A stretch of DNA of 20,000 nucleotides from an uncultured virus (IMG/VR IMGVR_UViG_3300021375_000026) (IMGVR_UViG_3300021375_000026); one strand, 5' to 3'. Counted from the stretch's first letter, positions 7,202-14,905 are shown. The notes: generated from the sequence alone by a model not told the origin. Program-made: numbers and translations.

Positions 7202-7465
7202 ATGAAAAGACACGCAAACACTAGAGCCGCAATCACTAAGGCTCTCAAAGAAAAAGGTGAGCCAATGACTGCGGAAGAAATATACCGAAGCATTGATGTA
7301 AAAAGAAGAGGAAAAAAAGTTAGTAACAGCAAAGCAGTTAGTAACCTACTAAAAGGAATGAAGAATATTAAAGTCATAAAGGCAGGCTTCACGGTCAAAG
7401 GTGATGTCGCTTCTGAATACAAAGTACATAGTTATGTGTATGATGATGAGGGGGCAGAAATATGA
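7202..7465 (+). CDS. Winged-helix (HARE-HTH-like) DNA-binding protein
   Basis: Start revised to 7202. AI.KALKEKGEPMTAEEIY...S.KAVSNLL followed by a beta wing. Confidence 0.65.
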   Translation: MKRHANTRAAITKALKEKGEPMTAEEIYRSIDVKRRGKKVSNSKAVSNLLKGMKNIKVIKAGFTVKGDVASEYKVHSYVYDDEGAEI

Positions 7466-7713
7466 GAAAGTACAGCGAAGTTTTAGCGGAAAAGAAAGCG
7501 GCAGCAGAAGCAGAAAAGGCTAGAGTTGAGAATATGACTGATGAAGATAAAATGCACGAATACCGCATCTTAATTAGTGATATGCGTAAGTACATGAGTA
7601 TAGGTTCATGGGGTAAAAAGACTCCACAGAAAGTAACAAACGAGTTTAGAAGTTTGATGAGTAAAGCCAATGCGGTTCATGTTGAGAGGATGCTATATGA
7701 GTCAGAAGAGTGA
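7462..7713 (+). CDS. Hypothetical helical protein
   Basis: ATGA overlap and GAGGGG SD. Confidence 0.65.
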   Translation: MRKYSEVLAEKKAAAEAEKARVENMTDEDKMHEYRILISDMRKYMSIGSWGKKTPQKVTNEFRSLMSKANAVHVERMLYESEE

Positions 7714-8497
7714 TTACTTTATCCTAAAAGTAAAAGACTTAGAGTTATTAGAAGCGACTCCATACACAAGAGCAGCCGAAGGTAATAGAAGTAAACCATT
7801 TTACAAAAAACCTACAATACTTTTAAGGGATAAAAAAGTAGATAAATATTTTGCTATACTTGATACAAGTATGTTCTCAAGATTTATCATGGCTATGGAT
7901 AGTGAAGTATCATTTTTAGATTGTAACCATTGGCTCTCTTTATCCATAGATGGTGAGTTAGACTTCTATGATTTGATATTATCATTCATACAAGATTATC
8001 CCGATTCATCTTTTGGTGTATGGGTTACTTCGGGTATCATACACGGTATTGATGACGGGGCATGGGATAGTAAAAGTAAATATCTTGTGGAATTATACGA
8101 GCAGTTGCCCGCTTATCTGATGCACAAACCTGCTGATTGGGATTCATACATGAGGATGAGTAAGATAGATGGTAAAATGTACCCGACGCTTGCGTATCAT
8201 AGCGGAAAAAAACACATAGAAATAGTGTGTGCTACACAGCGTACTTACATCGTTGGTAGGTATGAGGTAGGTGATGGGTTTATTCAGCCTGTACGTGCTT
8301 CTATACTACCATTTTGGGCACATCTAGTACCCCTAGAGACATTCCATAAACAGGTCGAAAAACATTTAGACCTACTAAATACTATTGGGGAAAAAGAATT
8401 ACCCGAACAACCATTCACTAAAGCAAGGGCTAATAGTATAGACTTTGCAGATAGAAATAGACTAGAACATGAGAATTATTTATTAATTTTTCAATAG
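7697..8497 (+). CDS. Hypothetical protein
   Basis: Long ORF; start revised from 7670 to 7697 after GAGAGGA; no motif recognised. Confidence 0.7.
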   Translation: MSQKSDYFILKVKDLELLEATPYTRAAEGNRSKPFYKKPTILLRDKKVDKYFAILDTSMFSRFIMAMDSEVSFLDCNHWLSLSIDGELDFYDLILSFIQDYPDSSFGVWVTSGIIHGIDDGAWDSKSKYLVELYEQLPAYLMHKPADWDSYMRMSKIDGKMYPTLAYHSGKKHIEIVCATQRTYIVGRYEVGDGFIQPVRASILPFWAHLVPLETFHKQVEKHLDLLNTIGEKELPEQPFTKARANSIDFADRNRLEHENYLLIFQ

Positions 8498-8527
8498 TTA
8501 GGGAGGCCGCAAAAAGAATTAATCGTG

Positions 8528-8642
8528 GTACTGCGGCTTTATTTTTTAATTTTTTAATTTCTTCAATAGTATGTATGGTAATAGGTTAGTCTCTTAACCA
8601 TTATAGAAGAAATAAAATAAATAAATAATAGGCTCTCAGTAC
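8528..8642. repeat. AT-rich 115-bp imperfect inverted repeat (candidate replication origin)
   Basis: GTACTG (8528) / CAGTAC (8637) and ATTTCTTC (8557) / GAAGAAAT (8606) share one symmetry axis at 8585; a T-tract arm faces an A-tract arm. Confidence 0.6.
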
Positions 8643-8659
8643 AGCGTTTTATTCTTTTG

Positions 8660-8692
8660 ACGCTTGCGGTAATAAAAGAAAATAATTAAAAG
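8660..8692 (+). promoter_or_regulatory. ACGCTTG-box + TATA promoter P8
   Basis: ACGCTTGCGG at 8660 and TTAAAAG at 8686. ATG8716 is 30 nt later. Confidence 0.7.
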
Positions 8693-8715
8693 CGTAATAC
8701 ATAGGTGGAAAAAAT

Positions 8716-9087
8716 ATGAGTAAGAGAAGCGGTGCTTTGAATAAAAGATTTCAAACAGAAGTCTATAATTATTTGAGCGAAGAAGGGATGAAGAACACTA
8801 GAGAAATAACCGATTGGTATAATGAGAGGTTGAATAAGAAGGGTATGAAGGCTAAAGACACCATTTCTTGTATAAGGGCGGCAGCAGTATTGAATAGAAG
8901 CATATTGTTTGAAAAGAAAGGCAACATACCACACCAATATACTTCGGCTAATAATATTATATCTCTATGGGATGTAAGACCGATTGAAACAGCAGTTGAT
9001 AAAGTAATATTATCGAAAAAGCAATTACATAGATTCCCTAAGTTTCTTAGAGATGCAGTAACAAGGAGGGTTGAAAATGCTGAGTGA
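8716..9087 (+). CDS. Winged-helix DNA-binding protein (paralog of 5010..5414)
   Basis: VYNYLSEEGMKNTREI helix pattern and shared C-terminal motifs with 5010..5414. Confidence 0.6.
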   Translation: MSKRSGALNKRFQTEVYNYLSEEGMKNTREITDWYNERLNKKGMKAKDTISCIRAAAVLNRSILFEKKGNIPHQYTSANNIISLWDVRPIETAVDKVILSKKQLHRFPKFLRDAVTRRVENAE

Positions 9088-9856
9088 AAAAATGATACAA
9101 CAAATGAACGACACAGATTTAGTATGGTGTAAAAACGTGTCAGTCGAGCCTACGTCTTTGTTAGTGTATTTTCAAGGAGAACAGGGCTTCGCATCCTTTG
9201 TAGCGTGTAGCGGTCTTGTAGGTGAGGCTAAACCAATCTGTAAGATATTTTCTAAACTACACAACGTAGAGCCAATTAATACTGTACCTAACCCAAGTTT
9301 TGCCGAGTGGAGATTGTATGAAGCATACAATAATATCGGCAGAAGATATTTTATCTTACGTATGTCTCACACGTATGTAGTAAATCAAGATAAAACTAAA
9401 GCATGGTTGTATAACTATCCTGTAATGAGAGATATAGTTTTATCCTTAAACAAACTAGGTGTTGATGAGATGACATATCTTACTACGAATATTATGCAGG
9501 AGTTTATGTATCAAGATACATTACAGATACCCGATAACGACCTGTTGATTTATGACTACCAAGAAAAACCCGACTACTCATTCTTCCATGACAGCGTTGA
9601 GGAAACAAAAAAACAATTGATAGTACCTCCGCCTGCGTGGATGTTTTCAGAAGTCTTTGAAAACTTTTCCCTTAATAATAAAGGTAATTACTTAGTGGTT
9701 TGTAGCAATACAAAAAATACTTTTGTGAATATCAAATCCGTTGATACAATAGTCAAGTTTTTAACCGAGACGCATTTACTGTCTATTGATGCAGACTATA
9801 TGTTGAAAGTTGAAGAGGCACTATTAGATATAGAAGGACATACGGCAGGTGAATAA
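9077..9856 (+). CDS. Hypothetical protein, possibly PAC2 (proteasome assembly chaperone)-like fold
   Basis: AAGGAGG SD before ATG9077. LLVYFQG..G.AS..A...L, I.KIFS, WRLY and I...L..LGV.E...L follow the PAC2 element order. Confidence 0.45.
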   Translation: MLSEKMIQQMNDTDLVWCKNVSVEPTSLLVYFQGEQGFASFVACSGLVGEAKPICKIFSKLHNVEPINTVPNPSFAEWRLYEAYNNIGRRYFILRMSHTYVVNQDKTKAWLYNYPVMRDIVLSLNKLGVDEMTYLTTNIMQEFMYQDTLQIPDNDLLIYDYQEKPDYSFFHDSVEETKKQLIVPPPAWMFSEVFENFSLNNKGNYLVVCSNTKNTFVNIKSVDTIVKFLTETHLLSIDADYMLKVEEALLDIEGHTAGE

Positions 9857-11206
9857 ATGAGTACGCAGATAAGGAGGTTTAATGTCTTTGAAAAGACAAT
9901 AGAGTTTGCACAAAAAAATCATTTTGTGGGAGTCGAAGATAAGATACCTATATTCTTATGTAGTGTCGGAGGACATCTTTTTAATACCTTAAATAAATGT
10001 AGTCGCTGCGACTTCGACCCCGATAGCCCATTGGTGAATGAAGAAGATGGTGATTTCGTCATAGAAAATTGTCCACTAAGACATGACAATATGCCCTTCT
10101 ATACACCTATGTCTCAATTGCCCGATACACGTATTCACATACTAATGAGGGGTGCTAAGGGTAGCGGTAAATCGGTTCTAATTCTTATGTTCCTAGCAGA
10201 AGGTACAGGTTTACTATACAATACTAACCAAGACTTAGGGCAGGGCATGAGAACAATGATGGGTGCTAACTCTATTACAGAAGCAGGTATGTTCGGCTCG
10301 GTTGATGAAGAGGGCAACATAGCAGGTCGCCCTATTGCTAGAGAGATGTGTGGTGGCTTCTTAGGGTTTGAAGAGTTTAGTAGTATGTCTGATGCGTCTA
10401 AAAAAGACCACAGCCTAGATATGAAAAACCAATTACTTACATCCTTAGATAATGGTAGGGTACAAAAAGCCATGAGAAACGGTTGGGTAAATTACACTAC
10501 TAGGTATTCTATTTGGGCGGGTACACAGCCTGCTAGGTTTGAGTTAGACTCCGGTTTGGATAGACGTTTCTTTATCATAGATATAGAGATGACACCGGAA
10601 AAAGAGAGAGCATACAAAATTGCACAGCATCGTCAAGCAAATATGCAGGCAGAAGAAAGGGCAATCTTAGCAAACCTAAACCTAGAGATTAGAACGTGGA
10701 TTAGACAACGTGTAGAAACTGCGGTGGCAAATCCTCCTTCGGGAATAATCTTTGATGATGACATTATGGAATGGATTGACAGGCCGGATGTACGTTCTTT
10801 TGAGGCAGATTTATTCAGAAGATTGTGTATTGGTTATGCTATGATGCAACCGGAATATCGTGGTGGAGAGCCTTTAATAATTAGACTTGATGATACTTTA
10901 ACGGGAATACTAAACCAATCGCTAGCCATGAGAAGAACCGTTATGGATGCAGACCTAGACTTAATACGCTCGGCATTTTGGATGAAGGATATTCCTAAGA
11001 GTCAATTGTTGAAGGAGATTTCTAGGATGATTACTAATGGAGATTATCAATCCGCTAAGAGATGGCTCATAGAAAACCTTGAGTCGCAAACGTGGTACAC
11101 CGAGCATGAGCCTGCTGTAAAAAGGCGTGGTCGTAAAGGTGTTATATGTCGTTTTGGTAATCTTAGTGAGAGTGCCGAGAACCTACAATGGGGGAATAAA
11201 GCATGA
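9857..11206 (+). CDS. MCM-like AAA+ ATPase / putative replicative helicase
   Basis: IHILMRGAKGSGKS (Walker A), ITEAGMFGS (MCM xxAGL-type motif), GGFLGFEEF (Walker B) and LDRRF (Arg finger). Confidence 0.75.
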   Translation: MSTQIRRFNVFEKTIEFAQKNHFVGVEDKIPIFLCSVGGHLFNTLNKCSRCDFDPDSPLVNEEDGDFVIENCPLRHDNMPFYTPMSQLPDTRIHILMRGAKGSGKSVLILMFLAEGTGLLYNTNQDLGQGMRTMMGANSITEAGMFGSVDEEGNIAGRPIAREMCGGFLGFEEFSSMSDASKKDHSLDMKNQLLTSLDNGRVQKAMRNGWVNYTTRYSIWAGTQPARFELDSGLDRRFFIIDIEMTPEKERAYKIAQHRQANMQAEERAILANLNLEIRTWIRQRVETAVANPPSGIIFDDDIMEWIDRPDVRSFEADLFRRLCIGYAMMQPEYRGGEPLIIRLDDTLTGILNQSLAMRRTVMDADLDLIRSAFWMKDIPKSQLLKEISRMITNGDYQSAKRWLIENLESQTWYTEHEPAVKRRGRKGVICRFGNLSESAENLQWGNKA

Positions 11207-11574
11207 GAAAATTAGAAGGTAGATTAAGTCGTCGTACTATGAGTAAACAAAACGACGCTATCAAATGTGCTGCTAGGTATCTTTTAGATAAAAGTACACC
11301 ACGTACTGCTGCTGAGTGTTTTGAACATATGACTTTCAAAAGCGGTAGGTTGTATAGAATTAGTGCTAGGGCTACTACATTAAGGAGACTAGAAAGTAGA
11401 ATGGCTAGACACCCCGTACTCACTAAACATAATACTAACCCAAAAACATATACTTGTACCTTAAAAGAATATGAAGAATATTTTGATTGCGACCCATTTT
11501 ATGACTACACCGACCAAACTGTTAAAAATAAACAATCACACGATAAACCATCAAGGAGACAGAATAATGGGTAA
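11203..11574 (+). CDS. Winged-helix (HARE-HTH-like) DNA-binding protein
   Basis: AARYLLDKSTPRTAAECF...LRRLESRMARHP..K....TY; ATGA overlap with the helicase gene. Confidence 0.55.
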   Translation: MRKLEGRLSRRTMSKQNDAIKCAARYLLDKSTPRTAAECFEHMTFKSGRLYRISARATTLRRLESRMARHPVLTKHNTNPKTYTCTLKEYEEYFDCDPFYDYTDQTVKNKQSHDKPSRRQNNG

Positions 11575-12322
11575 AATTGTCTGTTGGTTTAGTGGTGGTG
11601 TTACTTCAACCGTTGCTACTAAATTAGCGTTAGAGAGATATGATGATGTAGAGATTATATTTTTCGAGACAGGAAGCCATCATCCCGACAATGATAGGTA
11701 TTTTGCTGAGTGTGAAAAATGGTTCGGGCAACCAATCATAGTTTTACAAGATGAAAAACATGAAGATATTTATTCTATTTTTGAGGAAAAAAGATTTATC
11801 AACTCTCCTTATGGCTCACCTTGTACTCAAATATTAAAGAGAAAAGTTAGGCAGAAGTGGGAAGATGAAGTTGACTACAAAAATAATTATGACGGTCAAG
11901 TGTTCGGCTTCGATTGTTCACCAAGAGAATACAAAAGAGCAGAAAGATTTCACAAAGAATATCCGTACACTAAACCACTATTCCCACTAATCGGTTGTAA
12001 TTTAACAAAGGAAGATTGCTTCGATATAATGGAGAGAAACGGTATAGAGATACCAAAAATGTATAGGTTAGGTTACGGTAATAATAACTGTATAGGCTGC
12101 GTCAAAGGTGGTATGGGTTATTGGAATAAGATAAGAATAGATTTTCCCGAAGTGTTTGAAAAGACTGCTTCTTTGGAGAGAGAGATAGGTGCTACTTGTA
12201 TCACAGATAGAAACGGTAATCGTGTATATCTTGATGAGTTAGACCCGAATAGGGGATGGGAGTTAAAACCCTACGTTGAGCCTTGTGGCTCATTTTGTGA
12301 TGATTTAGATGGAGTTGAATAA
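11567..12322 (+). CDS. PAPS-reductase-like (PP-loop, adenine nucleotide alpha hydrolase) protein
   Basis: Start revised to 11567 (AAGGAG SD). Motifs WFSGGVTS, HPDN.R, PCT..LK, FGFD, FPLI, NNCIGCVKGG and CGSFC. Confidence 0.8.
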   Translation: MGKIVCWFSGGVTSTVATKLALERYDDVEIIFFETGSHHPDNDRYFAECEKWFGQPIIVLQDEKHEDIYSIFEEKRFINSPYGSPCTQILKRKVRQKWEDEVDYKNNYDGQVFGFDCSPREYKRAERFHKEYPYTKPLFPLIGCNLTKEDCFDIMERNGIEIPKMYRLGYGNNNCIGCVKGGMGYWNKIRIDFPEVFEKTASLEREIGATCITDRNGNRVYLDELDPNRGWELKPYVEPCGSFCDDLDGVE

Positions 12323-12943
12323 ATGAGGACTAAGAGAGAGATTGAATTAAGATTGCATAACGAGAATGATGCTTTTGTGATAGAAGTATTACGGTGGGTG
12401 CTACAAGGGTCTTGTGATTTTTGCGAACACAAAAACCGTAAAGAGATGGAGTTAGAAGTACACACAGGAGATTCTTCCCCTGCGTATCTTGAAGGTAAAT
12501 ATAATTGGGCTGATGGAACGGTTATGCACCACATGGATTATCACATGGAGTACGACCCTGCCGAAGCCAAACACGTTGAAGAAGCACGTTCTCAATCTAT
12601 CAATACATTAGATGCTGCGGAGGATATTGTTCTTAGGATTCAGTCTTACTTAGATGAGTTAGAGATACGAAAAGAAGAAGAAGGTGGTATTACTTCTGAG
12701 TTTGTAACAGATGCCGCTAGACTTATCGGACAGGCTAATACTTCCTTAAAACTAGTCGGTCAATTGAAGAAAGAGATAGGTGTAGATTCACAATTACTTT
12801 TAGCCCAATTACAAATGTCGGATGTTAGTAGAATCTTAGTAGATGTTCTCGGACACGACCACTTGTTATTGGATAGTGTAGAAAAGAAACTTAATGCTTT
12901 ATCTGCACCTGTTATAGATGTAGAATATAAGGAGGTTGAATGA
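12323..12943 (+). CDS. Zn/HTH + coiled-coil protein (terminase small subunit-like?)
   Basis: CxxCxH..R..ME.....G.S......KY......V.HH...H followed by long helices. Confidence 0.45.
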   Translation: MRTKREIELRLHNENDAFVIEVLRWVLQGSCDFCEHKNRKEMELEVHTGDSSPAYLEGKYNWADGTVMHHMDYHMEYDPAEAKHVEEARSQSINTLDAAEDIVLRIQSYLDELEIRKEEEGGITSEFVTDAARLIGQANTSLKLVGQLKKEIGVDSQLLLAQLQMSDVSRILVDVLGHDHLLLDSVEKKLNALSAPVIDVEYKEVE

Positions 12944-13239
12944 TGCCTAAGAAGTGGAGAAATAAACCTACACGTATGATGATAAACCGTACTTTAGAGA
13001 AAAAAGAAATACCTGATTTGCTTATGGCTATGGCCGAAGATGGCGTTAGTGCGTACATAACTAAAAATGGTATAGCGTGGTATCATGCTGAATACAAAGT
13101 AGCCAAGAATGTTATAGGTGATGTTTGGGGTTTATCCTCAACGCAGATGGACAGGGTAAATAATTACATATATGGTAATGACCCCTTTGTAAGTAGCGGT
13201 ACTAATCTTTATAAACATGAATATGAAAAAAATGACTAA
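12940..13239 (+). CDS. Hypothetical protein
   Basis: AAGGAGGT SD and ATGA overlap. Confidence 0.7.
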   Translation: MMPKKWRNKPTRMMINRTLEKKEIPDLLMAMAEDGVSAYITKNGIAWYHAEYKVAKNVIGDVWGLSSTQMDRVNNYIYGNDPFVSSGTNLYKHEYEKND

Positions 13240-13244
13240 AAAAA

Positions 13245-13892
13245 TTGAAAGGGGGTATAGGCATTATAATTTTTACAAAAGACCCTACACCATTTATGAC
13301 AGGAGATTATCTTGTCATGTATAGGACATTAGATACTGCACCTACACAGGCTAATGTTACTTATATTTTACACACAGATAAGTTTGGGGTAAAAGAAATA
13401 GAGAAATGGTCGCCTATTATACAGAATAAGTTAGTTATTGTTACCGAAAAAGCACCTAAGATAACAAAAAAGATAGAGGATTTAGTTGTCGTTGATGACA
13501 AGTTGCTCATAAAAAATAAGGATAATTATTTCGGTGCTATCAAATCTTTACTTACATGGAATGATAGAAAAAGAGTGAGCAAGGTGTTGCACGACACACC
13601 ACTACCACTAGTTATTGCTTTCTTAAAACAAAATGATGTGGATATAGAAGTGTGGCGTAGTCTAGCGAAAACACATCAAATATTACCGGAAAAATACTCT
13701 AGGGCTTTGTTGACTTACAAGATTAAACCTAAAACTATGAGAGTTAATTGGCCTAAAAAGAAAACAAAGAAAAAAGAACGACCCAATGTGTTTGAATATG
13801 ACGATGAACATTGGGAGATTATAAAGGATAACTCTATAACCGTAGCCAATACCTTACGCAAGCGTAAGAAGGTGTCGGATGAATGGGTGTAA
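13245..13892 (+). CDS. Hypothetical basic protein (possible degenerate clamp-loader large subunit); start uncertain
   Basis: Long ORF with no ATG near its 5' end. YF.AIK.LL...D and P.PLVIAFLKQN resemble the RFC-L collar region. Confidence 0.5.
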   Translation: MKGGIGIIIFTKDPTPFMTGDYLVMYRTLDTAPTQANVTYILHTDKFGVKEIEKWSPIIQNKLVIVTEKAPKITKKIEDLVVVDDKLLIKNKDNYFGAIKSLLTWNDRKRVSKVLHDTPLPLVIAFLKQNDVDIEVWRSLAKTHQILPEKYSRALLTYKIKPKTMRVNWPKKKTKKKERPNVFEYDDEHWEIIKDNSITVANTLRKRKKVSDEWV

Positions 13893-14092
13893 TAGGTTTA
13901 TTAATAATATTACTATATATATATGTGTCTTTTTGGGCTATTTCCATCTTCTTCGATATGGATATGTATGAGATGTTAACAGATACTACTAAAGAATACA
14001 CAAACGCTTGCGAAGCAAAAAGACAAGGTATAAATGAAGGGGATAATTCCTTCGCTGATGCTATTTTTTGGTCGGATTTAGGAAACCATTAA
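13883..14092 (+). CDS. Small membrane protein
   Basis: N-terminal hydrophobic helix VIGLLIILLYIYVSFWAISIFF; AAGGTG SD. Confidence 0.6.
   Translation: MGVIGLLIILLYIYVSFWAISIFFDMDMYEMLTDTTKEYTNACEAKRQGINEGDNSFADAIFWSDLGNH
14004..14034 (+). promoter_or_regulatory. ACGCTTG-box + TATA promoter P9
   Basis: ACGCTTGCGAAGCA at 14004 and TATAAA at 14029; the next ATG is at 14120. Confidence 0.6.
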
Positions 14093-14119
14093 TAAGAAGC
14101 ATAGCGACAACCTTTATAC

Positions 14120-14521
14120 ATGAGTGCGAACAACCGCCGAGTAAGGCGGCTTATAGTCGATATACTATGGAAACATGGTGCTATGACTAAAGAGGCAGTC
14201 GCACAAAGACTCTCTAGCGATAAAAACGTGAGAGCAGTACCTTCACCGCACAGTTTATCGGCTCTCTTATCTAAGAATCCTCAAATTGTACCTGTCGGTA
14301 GTGAGAAGGTGGAGAATGCCGTAGGATTAAAGGCTAGCCATCTTATCTATGACATAAATAGAGACTTAATTAAGTCCACCGATGATATAGTTTATAGCCG
14401 AACTCCAACCGTGATGACACCTACACAAAGGAGAGAAGCAGTACAATGCAAGTGCGGAAGAATAAGAGTATTTCCACCGGATTCGGATGTTTGTCTACAT
14501 TGTGTAAGGAATAATTCATAA
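14120..14521 (+). CDS. Winged-helix protein with a C-terminal Zn ribbon
   Basis: IVDILWKHGAMTKEAV...PSPHSLSALLSKNP...YDIN, then CKCG...CLHC. Confidence 0.65.
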   Translation: MSANNRRVRRLIVDILWKHGAMTKEAVAQRLSSDKNVRAVPSPHSLSALLSKNPQIVPVGSEKVENAVGLKASHLIYDINRDLIKSTDDIVYSRTPTVMTPTQRREAVQCKCGRIRVFPPDSDVCLHCVRNNS

Positions 14522-14543
14522 CACACTAACGGAGTAGATACAC

Positions 14544-14891
14544 ATGGGGGAGATGATGCGAGAGGATATTAGTAGCATTCTGTCAGCCATGTATCATACC
14601 CACCATAATTACGACCTATCGTATTTACTCTCTCCCGCCCACATTTCCGAAGGTAATTTTATCAGAACAGTATTAGATTACTTTACAGACCCCGATGAGG
14701 ATGAGGAAATAGATTCTATTATTGTAGAGAAGATGAATCCCGAATATCTAAGAGGTATAATGATGGGTTTAGTCATAGCACTAGACACCGAGAAGGGTCA
14801 TGGCGAACACATGGGTAGAAGTAGTCATGGTGAGATTCTACATTTGTTCGATGCAGCCAACGCTTTCTTGATTGAATCACTACAAAGATAA
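14544..14891 (+). CDS. Acidic hypothetical protein
   Basis: 115-aa ORF; TTCATAAC lies 29 nt upstream of the ATG. Confidence 0.65.
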   Translation: MGEMMREDISSILSAMYHTHHNYDLSYLLSPAHISEGNFIRTVLDYFTDPDEDEEIDSIIVEKMNPEYLRGIMMGLVIALDTEKGHGEHMGRSSHGEILHLFDAANAFLIESLQR

Positions 14892-14893
14892 TG

Positions 14894-14905
14894 TTTATAA
14901 CCCTA
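14894..14905 (+). promoter_or_regulatory. TTTATAACCCTA promoter (second class) of the RFC gene
   Basis: Starts 31 nt before ATG14925; identical 12-mer at 18848. Confidence 0.7.

Noticed and set aside
8186..8195. Perfect ACGCTTGCGT inside ORF 7697..8497
   Set aside because: No TATA-like sequence 25-26 nt downstream and no gene start nearby, so it was not counted as a promoter; it could still be a binding site.
616..8692. ACGCTTG repeats as a CRISPR array or attC-like cassette sites
   Set aside because: The repeats are only 7-14 nt, irregularly spaced by whole genes and tied to TATA boxes; no cas or integrase gene is in the window.
11471..11566. Extended N-termini in the ORF track (also 3967, 6593, 7178, 7670, 9071, 17001, 18863)
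   Set aside because: Downstream ATGs fit SD position, stop/start overlap, TATA spacing or family N-termini better.
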